A stretch of 64,000 nucleotides of DNA from Cycas panzhihuaensis (lineage: Eukaryota > Plantae > Cycadophyta): assembly GCA_023213395.1 (NCBI GenBank), contig CM041465.1, forward strand, positions 156,371,741 through 156,435,740, read 5' to 3'. A program made the position numbers and the translations under genes. Within the stretch, counting starts at the first letter, position 1. Each line of letters opens with the position of its first letter. Of the stretch, positions 13,488 through 27,290 are shown piece by piece. The notes below the pieces were generated by a model that made no database searches, had not been told where the DNA came from, and worked only from the letters and a program-made list of their open reading frames with translations.

Positions 13488-16465
13488 TGTGATATATATG
13501 CCTTCTACTAATCTAGGTATAAATAAACAAGATATACCATTCATAAATACTAGAAATATGTGATAATATTGAACAAATATTAAATACAACTTATAGAGAT
13601 ATCACTTATGGCACTTCTTCTCTTCGAGGCGAAGTTCCCTCCACAATAACTATAGTTCTAAGGCCAAAACTATGGCAGCCAACAACACTTCTGAATGATG
13701 CTTTAAAACTACCCAAATTCCTCTTTAAATAGGTGCTCCTTTAGTCATGACAGAAGTCAACCAAAAATAGACATAATAAGTGATAATTCTATCTTGGAAG
13801 TTGGCCAGAATAGGCATGTGAAGTCGGTCAGAATGTATATATAAAATATTGTATTTACTCTTACTTTTGAGGTCGGATTTCCTACTTTGTTGGAGGTTGG
13901 CTAGACTGAATATTTAGGGTTGCTCCAAGTCCCTCTCCTCGAAAGCATGATTTGCCCTCAAAGCATGGGTGAATTTGAATGTTGTTGCATCCATGCTTCA
14001 AACTCCTAAGTTGCTTCTAAATCTAGGGTTTTTCATTTTATAAGGAATTCTTTGACTTTTCTAGATCGTAACTCTCTTGTCTTTATATGTAAGATACCTT
14101 CTGGTTTAGTAATCATTTCCCCTCTTCACCTAATTTGTCTGGGAGGTTATTTTCTCCCCTATCTTCTTTTTAAGACAAGATACATGAAAAACATTGTGAA
14201 TTTTACTTCTTAGTGGTAGGATTAATCAATATGCTACTTCTCCAATTTTCTCACTTACTTGGTACAGTCCGAAGAATTGTGGAGCTAGCTTTTGTTTGTT
14301 TACTTGCCTCATTAATGCTTGCTTGTAGGGTTGAAGTCTTAGGAAGACCCAGTCCCCTATTTTGAAGCTTCTTTGTGATCTTTTTACGTCTGCTTGTTGC
14401 TTTATCCTATTCTTTGTAGTGTCCAAATTGTCTTTTAGATCTGAACTGTTTGTTCCACTTGCTCTTGTTGCTCACATATTGATTGTACATGTGATACCTT
14501 TTCCCATGTGAGTATGATGGAGGTTTGTATCCATATAGTGCTTGAAATGGTGTCATTTTTTTTGTTGTGTGGTATGTTGTATTGTACCATCATTCTGCCA
14601 AGTGGAGCCATTTATGCCATTGATTTTGCTGGTTTGAAGAGAAATTCCTTAGGTATCCTTCCAGGCATTTGTTTACCATTGTGGTCAGCTCATCTATTTG
14701 TGGATGATAAGTTATACTCATGTGCAGTTTTGTCCTTTCTAATTTAAACAGATCCTACCAGAAATGACTTGTGAATTTTGGGTCTCAATCACTAATTATG
14801 ATCTTGGGAAACCTATGTAAGCGATGTATCTCCTTCATATATACTTTTGCTATCTAACTTGCTTTTGTCATAGTTTGCGTGCCTCTAAAGTGTGCATATT
14901 TTTGAGTCTATCTACTACTATGAAAATGGCATCCTTGCCTTTCGATCAGGGGAGTCCCATGATGAAATCCATAGAAATCTCTTCCTATTTTTGATGAGGG
15001 ATATGCAAAGGATGTAATAGACTTAGGCTTTTCATGCATTCACTCTTATTATGCTAATAGATATTGCATTCTAATACCATTGAAAGGGCGTCTACTTTCA
15101 TTCCTTTCTAGTAGAAGGAATTTTATATCTTCCGATATGTTTTGTCTAACCCTGTGTATCCTATTGTTGGTGTTGAGTGGTCTTCTTCTAATAAAGCCTC
15201 TTTTATCTTGAACGTTGTTGGAATGAATATCTTCCCTTTTTGCAGAATCAGATCTCCCTGCAATTCAAACTTCTATGACTTTTGGTCCCATATATCTTCT
15301 AATACTTTTTGTGAGAATGGGTCAGCCTTATATTCTTTGACTAGTTCTTGGGTCCAATTGGGTGTGGCCACTATTATTGCCTTGAGGGAAATTTCTCCAT
15401 TGCTCTCCTATGGTAATCTTGATAGAGCATCTGCTATGACATTCTCTTTCCCCATTTTGTACTCGATACTTAAGTCAAACGTTTATAGCTTACTAACCCA
15501 TTTCTGTTACTTGTTGGATAATGTTTTCTACTTTAAGAAGCTTTTCAAGCTATCATGATTTGTCCTAACTATAAATTTGTTTCCCAACAAATATTGGTGC
15601 CACTATTGAATTGCATGCATGATTGCTAGCATCTCTTTATTGTATATTTGTTTTAGCTTCTCTCTATTGTTCAACTTCCTGTTTTCATATGTTATTGGGC
15701 GCTCCTTTTGTAATAGAACCACCCTGATTTTGAATCCTGAAGCATCACATTCTAAGATAAATGGATGGGAGAAATTTAGTATCGCTAAGACCAGTGTCAT
15801 GACCATTGTGTTACATTCCCAACTTCTCTCCTACTTTGATCAATCATGGCCTATCTTCTGGGTGACTTCATGTTAGGTTTAGTCTTAGTGAACTATCTCT
15901 TTTCTGGTCGACTTCCTTTTGAAGATTAAATATCTCTATATATAGGGGTTGGAGTTCCTATTCCACATTAACAGGTGGTTGTGTTCTCTTAGCATAAACT
16001 CAGATTTTAGGGCTGCAATTAGCTCGCCCATTTGGGCTGCAATTTCTGGAGGTAACCTCACCTCGAAGAGGGTTGGCCATCTCAAGCACAATATTGGGTG
16101 AGTTGAGCATATTTTGAGTAGTATTGGCTAGCCCTGTGGATTGCATTCCTTGTCTATTTTGACTGGTGTATTTACTATTTTTGTACTTTTGTTACTATTA
16201 GTAACTTTTCAGCAAACATTTTCTTAGACATTTTGGGATTCCGGGAGTGATAGAGGAAAGTGTTTGCTTCACATTGCCTTTTTGAGTTCTTGAAAAGCGT
16301 CTTCTGCCAACGGGTTCCATCCAAATGCATATTTTTTTGTAAGACTACTCAATGGAGATGCAATATATGCACATCCCTTGATGAACTTTCAAAGGAATCT
16401 TGCTACTCCCAAGAATTTTCTTATCCATGTTACATTTTTTTAGATCAGTCTTCTTGAGACTACTT
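13488..16465 (-). mobile_element. Gypsy chromovirus remnant G0 (Reina-like): 3' LTR ~13488-13927, PPT, chromodomain, integrase, RNase H, RT C-terminus; 5'-truncated
   Basis: ORFs 14226-14426 (GDWVFLRLQPYKQ...KLAPQFFG) and 15603-15806 (FILECDASG); RT thumb KFLGVARFL...AFQELKKAM at 16272-16440; PPT at ~13928-13940. LTR ends are approximate. Confidence 0.85.
15809..16271 (+). mobile_element. Solo LTR (463 bp) inserted in G0 pol
   Basis: TGTTACA...CTTCA flanked by perfect TSD CATTG; the host frame (KKAM|VMTLVLA) resumes across it. 16011-16070 is the reverse complement of a segment of the LTR at 6510-6570 (same family). Confidence 0.88.
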
Positions 16466-18607
16466 TTTAAATCCCCTTAGAGACTTTCAATCATATTTGT
16501 GTCATCCTCTATAATTATTAAATTATCAACATAGAGAACAACAAGTGTGATATGCAAATTTTAAAGCTTGATATATAGGTTAGATTTGATGAGAAGTGAT
16601 GAAAGCCACGTATCTAAAAGTAATCATCAATCTTTGAATACCATGCACATGGAGCTTACTTTAGGACATACAAGGCCCTTTTAAGCTGACAAACCATTTG
16701 CTCTTTGTCATAAGCAATGTAGCTAAGGCGTTGTTTCAAAAATACCTCTTTTGTCAAATTACTGTTTAAAAATGCACTCTTGACATCCATCTGATAAATT
16801 GGCCAATTGCATTATGCAACTAAGGCCATGACAAATCTAATTGTATGCATACTAGCAACAGGTACGAATGTTTCTTCATAATCTATTCCTTCTTATTGCT
16901 TAAATCCTTTAGCAACTAAATGAGCCTTCTGTCAGTCGATTGTCCCATCAACATGAAATTTGGTCTTGTAGACCTATTTGCAATTAATAGCTTATTTGCC
17001 TTTTGCCAAATCAACTAAGTCCCAAGTGTTATTTTTTTTAATGGAGTGAATCTCCTCATCCATCCCTTTCTTCCACTTTTCATCATTAAATGCCTCCTCA
17101 AAAATGGAAGAATCATGAGTACTAAGCACTTCAACCATAAGTGTATACTTCAATTTTGGGATGCATCTTAGATTTTCTTTTTCTTTCAACTGGGGAAAAT
17201 GGAGCACTAGAAACAGTTTGTTGAAATCATTTAGGTAATTTCTTTGTCACTATTACTATTTCAATGTCTTGAGCTTGTAAAGGTTTCTAAATATCTGATG
17301 TGTCAACATGAATGTATGGATTTAAAGAATCTAATGTAGATGATGAAGATGGCGATGGTGCTAATGATGACTTGGTGTGTATGAAGTTGAGTAACTACAG
17401 GGTTCAGAATCCTCAATCACAACTTTACTCTTATCTAGGGGAAGTTGAATTGAACTAGGGTCCAATACATCATTATCTTCCATAAAGACGACATCTCTAT
17501 AGACATGCATTTTTTTGGTTATGGGATCATACAATTTGTAAGCTTTGTTGCCATCAACATAGCCAATGAAGATACATTTGAGATTTTTATCATGAAATTT
17601 CTTCCTTTACTCCTATGATACGTTCATATAAGCCCTGCAATAGAATATGCACAAATGGCTAACAGTAGGCTTTAGGCCTATCCAAGCCTCCTTTGGTGGA
17701 ATATTCCAAACTACCTTGGTGGAGCTTCGAATTGTCAAATAAGTGAAAATCTTGATCGCTTCTACCCAAAAAGATGCAACAAATTTCTTTGTTGCCATCA
17801 TAGTCATGCTTTTGCTTTCAAGAGTCTTGTTGATTCATTTAGCCATACCATTCTATTGTGATGTGCGGGGTACAAAAAATTGTCATTTGATGCCTTGATC
17901 AATGCAAAATTGATTGAAATCCTTAGAAGTATATTTCCCCACCATTGTTTCTTCTAAGGATTTTAATATGCATCCCCATTTCATTCTCAAACTCAAGTTT
18001 AAATTTTTTAAACTTGGCAAAAGCTCCTGATTTGTATTTGAGAAAGTATACCCATACTTTCCGTGAAAAATCATCAATAAAAGTCATAAAATAAAGTGTT
18101 CCACTAAATGATTATGTGGGCATAGGACCACAAATATCCGAATGAACAAGTTATAATTGTTGTTTTGCTCTCTGGGCTTTGTCTTTGTCAAATGTTTCAT
18201 GATGTTTTCCCATCACACAACTTCAGAAAAGCATTTGTTAGCTAAAATTTATGCCAATCCATATACCATATTAAGTGGAGACATTGACTTAATATCATTC
18301 ATATTTAGATGGCCCAATCTCGCATGCCATAATTGATCTTTGTGCACTATTTGTGAGACTAAGGTATGTGATGATTCAAGTGTTGTATCTAGCTTGGGTA
18401 GTCCATTTTCTTCATGACCAATGATAATCACTTGATTTTGACGGTCTTTTATGAAACATTGTTTATTATGAAATAGAACATCCAGCTCCTATTTTATAAT
18501 TTTCCAAATAAAAAGCAAATTCCTTGACATCCCAAGTACAAGGAACATATTATTGACATGAAAGGATTGATTTGGGTCTTGACTTGCCAAAGTAATAAGG
18601 GCTTTGT
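16466..18607 (-). pseudogene. Copia pol fragment (protease end, GAG-pre-integrase, integrase, RT N-half); 3' end deleted, 5' side interrupted by G1
   Basis: LWHARLGH (18249-18431), FWVEA...KPTVSHL (17613-17807), KKNNTWDLVDL (16992-17207). IGHEENGLPKLD resembles IGHEDHGLYKLD of element E. Confidence 0.88.
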
Positions 18608-21561
18608 TGTCATAGCCCCAAACATTACCCGAGGTTAGCTGTGACTCACCGAGTTTGCCAACCAAGCCAACATCTACCTGATCTACTTGAACTATGGAAG
18701 CTAAAATCAGAGTCATGAAAGTATACATAGTAGAAAACATATGTTCAAAGATGTTGCAGGTTCAATAGGTCAATGATCTTTCCTACAGATTTTCAAAAAC
18801 ACAATCTCCACATATATAAATTTTAGAAAATATAACAGGTGACCTAGCATTACATTGCACATTTAAGGCATCTTTTATACTCTCAAACGTGACTGTAAAT
18901 GGGGCTAATCGAATTACTTCGATGGATTCGCTGCTCGACCAACTGAAATCCTAACAAGGAAAATGCCCCCAAGCTAAAGCACAAGATATGAATGTTGGAG
19001 TTTTGGTAAGTCACTCAACCCTAAGTCCATAATTTGTCCTAATGACTTCCTTGTTTGCCAAACTACAACAAAGCACTGTTGTATTGTTTCTAAACTTTCT
19101 ACTGCACTTGATTTATGCACTCTATCTGGAAATGTCATACCACATATGCTTCACCATTGAGTCAATCTCTTCAAACTCTCCATCTGTGTGACTCGTGTAT
19201 CCCATACCATGCAATGCATGACAATAATGGGTTGTGTGTTTTATACCACACAACACTGACATGAATCATCACCAACTCTCATCTCAATGGGATGTGTGTT
19301 TCATACCACACAATTTACCAAGAAATACGGTTATCAATCCATCCCATATAGGCATTATTCATGCACATAAAAGTAACCAAAGAGGAGACTCGTTTAACCC
19401 TTGAGGGGACCCACTCAACCCAAGTTCTCGTCACAACCTCCAAAGCAATGGGACTTACTCAACCCAAATTTCTTTCAAATCACAGAGGGGACTCATTCAA
19501 CACTCAGGGAATGGGGACCCACTCAACCCAAACCCAAATAAACCAAATTGTAATTTAGCACCTTCAAAACAATCCAATGAGATTGTTACAGTAATGAATA
19601 CACACATTCATGCCACTTACCAAATATATTCCCTGCATGGGATGGAGATAAAATCTTGAGAGATTTCTTTGAGTGCAGATTTACCTACTTTGTGAAATTG
19701 ATCCAAAGTATATTTATGCAAAACTTATCTACTCTGTGGAATTGATCCAAAGTATATTTACGCAAAACTTATCTACTCTATGAAATTGAACCAAAATATA
19801 TTTATGCAGAACTTATTTGCTCTATGAAACTAATCCAAAGTATATTCATGCAAAATTCAATTAAGACAGTTTTTGTGAAATTCCCACCATAAGATAATTG
19901 AAAAGACTCCTCTATAAACTTTAGAGCTTACCTCTGCATCATTCTTAGTCGCTTAGGATTTCAAGTTACTCCTTGGCTTCTTGATTTCCTTTGTTTAGGT
20001 CTTTTATTACCATTTCTATCACACTTCCAACTTTGTTCTTGGATAACAAAATTACCTGGCGAGGAAGGAAGCTCAATGGAAAATGTAGCACCCAACTCAA
20101 TGTTGCTTTGCTTAAGGATGAAAAAGCACAAAGACTAAAAGATGGGATCCTAATAGCTAAGAGATAATGAATACTGGAATGATCCTTTTATTCTTCCTTC
20201 TTTGACTATATCTACAATTTAGGGTGAGTCGATTTACCCTCATTAATGCCATTAATTTTTGGTGGGTGGCTCTGCCCTATGGTGGTTGACCAAAGCCTAT
20301 AGTTATCGTAGTGTAAATAGCCATCCTATCCCTTCCTATCCAAGTAAAAATCCAAAATGTCTCTGTGTGAGTGTTTTCATTCATCCCCCTCTTGCCCAGG
20401 CGTGTTGGCGCCTACAATATGTACCTAACAGATCTACTTTGGCATTAATTGATTCACTGGTGGAATGGATCTGGTGTCTATGTGAGTGCTTGCCAATTGT
20501 ACCATCTCCAAGATCTATTAAATGTGACCTTTATTGTGTGAGTTATAATCCTTCTAAATTCTCCAAGATCTATTGAATTTGTCCTTTGTTGCATGAGTTA
20601 CAATCCTTCCATGGAGGCTCAAAGATCAAGGTTCTTCCTTGGCAATCCTTTGTCTTTTGCATTTTTTTTAATCTTTTGTGTGGCCATTTAAGATCAAAAA
20701 CCCTTTTGTGAAGTTGTGAAGGATGTTCTTTTGTGTCTTCTGCTCAACTGGTCATTTGCAAAATTGTAAGGCGCCCATATTTTATTGTTTTGTGTTTTGC
20801 AACTTCGAGATTTTTGCTTTGTGACTATAGTCGATGCCCACATGTTACTTAATGGGTGAATGGCATCAATTGTGACGTCATTTCGCGACTTCACAATCAA
20901 GTGACTAAAGGGTCCATCTCGCTAGCTCATTTGTGAGTTTGACAAAGACTCACCCCGACCTTTATTTCACAATTCTAGAGCTGGGTCCTTAGGCGCCCAA
21001 ACTCATAAGCTCATTTGCAAATTTGCGAGATGCCTTTTACTCGCAAAACTCAACTTGGAAGATCACTTTAGATTTTCATAACTTCTCCCTTTGAAGTACA
21101 ATTTTAGTGCTCCACCACTCATTGAAAAGCTAAAAACCTCTTCTTTGACTTGGATTCACCCTTAGTAAAATAGATCAACTGGATTTTGTACCCCAAAGAA
21201 GTCATTATGGTCTCTAAGTCTATCATCTACCCTTACCTTTGTTTTCCCCTCTATTCGTCCCTTGTTCATATCATGTGCTCCCATGTTTATACTCACCATC
21301 TGAGTAATCTAGCTACTTTTGTATTATGCAAGCAACAAACAAAAAGTAATTATTACATTGAATGAAGTGTTGAAAGAAAAGAGATAGATGGCTTTAAGTC
21401 CAAATGGACTACATCCTAAATGGTGGATCCCCACACTTGGTTTTCCACAATTATGCATTCATCTCACATGGGATGAGCAAATTAGAAAGAAAAAATTACA
21501 CATTACATATTTGTTGGTGTCATAGTCTATCCATAGTTGGTTAAGGAAATGGGTCCTTACA
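18608..21561 (-). repeat. 3' LTR of G1 (~2.95 kb)
   Basis: TGTCATAGCCCC...CCTTACA next to the PPT; homologous to 35867-36526, 50537-50717 and 62710-64000. Confidence 0.87.
19692..19860. repeat. 44-bp tandem repeat x~4 inside the G1 LTR
   Basis: Unit TGTGAAATTGATCCAAAGTATATTTATGCAAAACTTATCTACTC; the same array recurs at ~62989-63160. Confidence 0.9.
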
Positions 21562-21711
21562 TCACTCTCCCCTTCACAATAGCATCAGCTTCGATGAGAC
21601 TTTATTATGTTGCAAACAAGTGAGGATATTGTTGTTGCATGTCACTTTCCAACTCCCATGTTGCCTCTTGTACTGTTAAGAGCTTCCACTACACTTTCAC
21701 TTGTTTGAAGC

Positions 21712-24700
21712 TATTAGAGAGAGAGAGTAAGAGAAAACATCAACTAGTCAAATTTACACAAAGTGTTGGTAGGTGGAAAACCCTTTAAGGGAAAAAAAAC
21801 CACCTCTAAATATATATATTTTATTAATATAAATTAGAATCATAAATGAAAGAGATGAGGGTTGAAATAAAATCTCATCCTCATTTGTTGTAGTAGAAAA
21901 CAGCCAGCATATTCATACAAGAATCTCCAATTATTTGACCAATCTACCCTGCAATTATGGCTGACCCAACCCAATCTCCTAGAATCTAGGAGATTGATTT
22001 ATAAAGATATGAGGATTCGTTGAAATGGGAAGTTCCATTTCAACGACCTCTACAATAATATAAAATTTAACATTAATAAACATACATTTGGTAATTATTA
22101 AAGATAACATTATCACTCTAACATCCCCCTTTAATGTTATCTTATTACAATAGATTTAGTAGAAAAGGAAGAAGACTTCAGCATGTTGATTCCCCTTTGA
22201 TGAAGACTTCTTCAATCTTTAGCAAGTCTCGTAGTTTTACAAACTTTGCTTCAGTCAGTGGTTTTGTTAGAATATTAGTAAGTTGTAGATTTGTAGGACA
22301 ATACAACAAGTTAATAATATTATCATGCACAAGATTACGTATAAAATGTTGATGTAATTCTGTGTGTTTAGTTCTAGCATGAGCAATAGGATTAGAAGCA
22401 ATAGATATGGCACTTTGATTATCAATTTTAATTTCAATTGGAAAGTTAGAAAATAAATGAAGTTCATTTAATAAAGATTTAAGCCATAATGATTCTATAC
22501 TAGCTTCGACGAGTGCATGATATTCAACTTCAATTGTAGATAGAGCTAAGATTTGCATTTTCTTACTAAACCACATAATTGGTGATGAATCTAGAAGAAA
22601 AATATAACCCGTTGTTGACTTGTGATCATCGGAGTCACCTGCCCAATCTGAATCTGTATAACCTGTTAATTTTAGATTAGTAGGACATGAATGATAGGTA
22701 AGACCATAAAATATTATACCTTGAAGATATCTTAAAATTCGTTTAGCTGCTTTCCAATGAGATTCATGAGGATTTTGCATGTACCTGGAACATAAGGCAA
22801 TGGCATAGGAGATATCTAGGCAGGTATGTGTTAGGTAAATGAGACTACCTATAAGTTGCCGATATATAGTAGAATCACAAGGCGGTGTGGGACAATTAGA
22901 GAATAATTTTATACCTGATTGTAAAGGATTTGGAGCTGGTTTAGCATTCTCCATGTTAAATCTTTTGATTAAGTCTAGAATATATTTAGGTTGAGATATT
23001 GTTATTTTAGAATCAATTTGACAGATTTGTAATCCTAGAAAATGATGTAGAAGACCTAAATTAGTCATTTCAAATTTATTCATCAAGATTGATTTTAATT
23101 GATGAATATTAGAGAGTAAAGATCCAATAATAATTATATCATCTACATAGAGAATTAAGATGGTAATATTATCATTTTCACATCTGAAGTAAAGATTTGG
23201 ATCACTGATACTCTTAGTGCATTTATTTTGTATGAGATAGTCATCTATCTTTGTATATCAGGCTCGAGGAGCTTGTTTTAGGCCATAGATAGATTTTCTT
23301 AATTTACAAACAAGGTTAGGATTACAAACAAAACTAGGAGGTTGATTCATGTAGATTTCTTCTTTAAGATTGTCATTTAAGAAAGTGCTCTTAACATCCA
23401 TTTGATGAATTTGCTAGCCAAATTTGGCTGCTAAGTCTATAATAGTTTTAATAGTATTCATTTTAGCTACAGGAGCAAAAGTTTCGGTATAATCAATACC
23501 ATCAATTTGAGAAAATCCTTTGGCTACTAGACAAGCCTTATGTTTTTCAATTGCTCCTTCAGAGTTGTATTTCATTCGGTAAATTCATTTACAATCTATT
23601 AGATTTTTACTAGGGGGAAGAAATACTAATTCCCAAGTTGAATTCTTATTTAATGCATAGATTTTAGTTTGCATAGCTTGTTGCCATATTGGATTGTTGT
23701 TAGCTTCTTTGAAGGTGTTACGATCATTAGTGGTCATAACTTTAGCCATAAGGGCAAAGTTAACTTGTAACTTTTGAGAATGAGTTTTCCTAGTGTCTAA
23801 AGGATTTCCAAAATCAGAGCTAGCATCTGTAAGGGTCTTTTGTGCCCATATAGGTTGTTTTCGATTAGTAGTGGAAGGTTGATCAGTCGTATTTGATTGA
23901 TTAACAGGATTTGATGTGGAGGGTTCTGTTAGTTTCGAATTTTGAACTTGATTAGATAAAGATTCAATTGCTTTAGAATTAGCTTGAATGTCACTGGGAT
24001 CAATTAAGTGAGTATTAGTTAACAAGTTTTCAACTAAAAGTTCAACATAAGAAGTTTTTGATGAAGAGCCTTCTTCATCAAATATAACATCACGCAGTAT
24101 TGAAATCTTATGCGTGGTTCGATTTAGAAGTTTGTACACTTTATCTTCACTGTAATCAACAAAGATGTATTTGAAACTTTTCGGATCAAGTTTCTGGCAT
24201 TTTTCTTTGGGAACGTGCTCCCAGGCAATGCTGCCAAAGATTCTTAAGTGTTTAACAGAAGGTTTACGTCCAGGCCATTTTTGTTCTGGTGTGATATTTT
24301 ATAAAGATTTGCATGGTAAGCAATTTAATAAATAGTTGGAGCAAGCAATAGCTTCTGCCCATAACTTTAAGTCAAGACCTTTTGCATGTAACATGCATCT
24401 GGTCATCTCACACATGTGTATGGTTTTTACATTCAACAACATCGTTTTGTTGAGGAGTATATGCTATAGAATGTTGAAATTGTATTCTATGCTTTTTACA
24501 GTAATTGGTAAAATTGTTGCTTAAATATTCGTTAGCATTATCTGTTCTGAAGATTTTGATTTGAGAGTTTGTTTGATTTTCAACTAAAGTTTTGAATTCA
24601 ACAAAGATGTCAAATACTTGAGTTCTTGTTTTTAGTATGTATACCCAGCATTTTTTAGAAAAGTCATCGATAAACGTGATGAAATATTTGCTTCCAGAGT

Positions 24701-27290
24701 GTGAAGGTACTTGGAATGGACCGTAGATATCAGAATGAATAAGTTCAAGTGGAGCTTTCGCTCGAAAGGTAGTGTGATTTGGGAAAGGGTCCATGTGTTG
24801 TTTACCTGTTACATAGGCTTCACAAACACCATAGACAATTTTTAGTGCAAGTAAGCCATGAACCATATCATTCTTACTTAGGTATTGGAGTTTTCCATAA
24901 CTCGTATGACCAAATCTAGCATACCAAAGCTTCCTGGCTGGGTCAGATTTTGCTATAAAGGCACTAAAAGTTTTGGTTTTAGAATGCTAGAGACTTGTTA
25001 AGCTGTAAAGACCTGTTTTGTGATCTGCAGGTCCTAAGGCAATTGGTTTAAATTTATTTAATGGTTGTTTGATAATAAACTTATCTTTCCATAACTCTAC
25101 AATGAGATATTTCTAGCAGATTTGGTATACTGAAAGAAGATTAGGTAATAAGCCAGGAATGTAAAATACATCCTTAATTGAACCATCTTTCAAAGTAACA
25201 TCACCTGTTCCTTTCACTTTGAGTTGGGTTCCACTCCCAAAAGAGATATCTTCTTTGGAGTTTGAATCAGATTGATATGAAGTAAGATATTCTTGGTGTC
25301 TCATCATGTGATGGGAAGCACTTGAATCGAGAATCCGCAAGGGTGGTTATATGGTTGGTGCTAAAAAGGCTATTGTAGAAGCAGTTAGAGAATAATGAGA
25401 ATTGTGAGATCATGATTGGATCCCCGTAGAAGCTTTCTAGGCTTCAGAGGCAATTCTATTCTTACAAACATCAATGGTATGCCCCTTTTTGTGACAGTAA
25501 GCACAACTGATGTTCTGATTAGGATTTGTATTAACAAGATTCTTTTGAAATGATCGCTTAAAAGTATTATGAGATTTAGGTAATCCAGAATACTTAGTGT
25601 TATGATGAAAATTATTTTGAGTGGATGAACCTCTATGAGGTTTTTGGAATTTGGGATGATGATGATGACTATTGTGATAGTTATTTTGATGTTTAGATTT
25701 AGTAAATGATTGTGACTTGGAAAAAAGAGCCTGTGAAGGATCTTTTAATTTTCCACTTTGAACCAACATGTTTTGATGTTCAATAAGTTGATTCGTTAAT
25801 TGATCAAAAGTAATTGGTGGATGTCCTGCCTGTTGCCTAGCAGTTTTGAAAAGATTAAAATGTTTTGACAATTTATTAATTGCAAGACAGACGAGTATAT
25901 CGTCGTCTTTTGCATCTGTTACAGTGACTACTTTATCACCTACTTTTGTAGAAGATTTGATACAATTTGCTAGGTCTTTGTTAATGAGTTGAGGTTTAGA
26001 TAAGAAATCTTCAACTTTAGGAAAATCTTCATAATTTAGATCATACATTTATTGTTCTAATGCAGCTAATTATTGTGTATCAACCTTATCATACTTTTCC
26101 TTAAGAGTTTTTGAGACAGTGGCTAGATCATCTGTTTAAGAGAACTATCTACTAATGTTTGGGGAGAGCAAGTTAAGGATGGTGCTAAGGGCTCCATCAC
26201 AATTCATCAGATAGACCATATAGGCTTCTGATTTTGAATCATCAGGTTTTGTAAACTCTTTAGTGACATGCCTCCAGATCTTTTGTTGCTTAAGAACCTG
26301 GGATATTTTTAGTTTCCAGTTGGCATAATTAGAGCCAGTTAATACTGGAATTGAGGGACAAGATGTTGTTCCGGGCATAAGGGCCATTTTTTAAAAAAAT
26401 AAACGAGTTAGATAAGGTGAATTTAGGCTAAGTAAGAATAATTTTTAATTCATCCAAAGGTTTCACTCGCAAAGCATTAACTTGCCTTACAATATCATTT
26501 ACAGAGAAAAGTCTATTGATGTTAAAATTATGAACATATATTTAAGATACATAAAGGAACATAAAGATTAATGAGTTTTGATTTTAATATATTCAAATCA
26601 CTGAAAAATAATGTATTTGGGCTTACCTAAGTCCAGATATGGACGAGACTTGAGCCATTATTCTTTCAAAGGGCGGTCCACGCAATCATATACTTCTGCC
26701 TTCAAAGTCAATTATCCAATGCATACAAGTGTGCTTGATCATGAAAATAAAATAGGGACCAAGTCCTTATATAACTCTCTTTTAATTCAGATGAGATTAG
26801 AAGAGTTATTTTAATAAACTTAATCTAATTACAGAACTTAGCAATATTAATCAAATTATAGAATAGGGGGGGTTCAATGTTAGGTAATATTTAATACTAA
26901 CTCAAAAAATTTTAGGGCTAAGTTTAATTTAATATTATTAAACAAACTATAGAATAAACTTAAGAAGGAAAATAATAATACTAAACTAACTATAGAATAA
27001 TAATATTAAACAAAACTTAAAAATAATACCATTTTGAAGTTGGTGGACCTGACCTGTTTCCAAATGAAGTTTGATTTCATTTGGAGTTCGTTCGTTTAAA
27101 AGAGGGTTTTTTGACCCCTTCGCTTCATTTTTCTTCCCTTTTTTTTTCGTGTTAAGAAGATTTGTGCAGGTCTTGTGAGGATGTCTTCAACAAACTCTAT
27201 GGTTGTGGATGCCTTTTTTGAGTTGTGGACACCTTTCAGACAATTGCCGTTGGAATCATCGCATCTGTTGAGAAGGAGGAACCTATGACA
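21712..27290 (-). mobile_element. Ty1/Copia element F inserted in the G1 chromodomain; 3' LTR present (21712-22123), 5' LTR and PBS missing
   Basis: gag 26145-26387 and 25437-26048 (CAYCHKKGHTIDVC), protease LDSSASHHM, integrase 24408-24866, RT/RH 22178-23086, PPT after 22123. Flanks are GAAGC and AAAGC. Confidence 0.92.
22178..26387 (-). pseudogene. Copia F gag-pol, disrupted
   Basis: Domain order GAG-PR-INT-RT-RH; YTDSDWAGD and HARTKH motifs; multiple stops. Confidence 0.93.

Noticed and set aside
18489-18740. ORF spanning the G1 LTR / Copia junction as a chimeric gene
   Set aside because: Chance read-through from the LTR end into a dead protease remnant, ending in a premature stop
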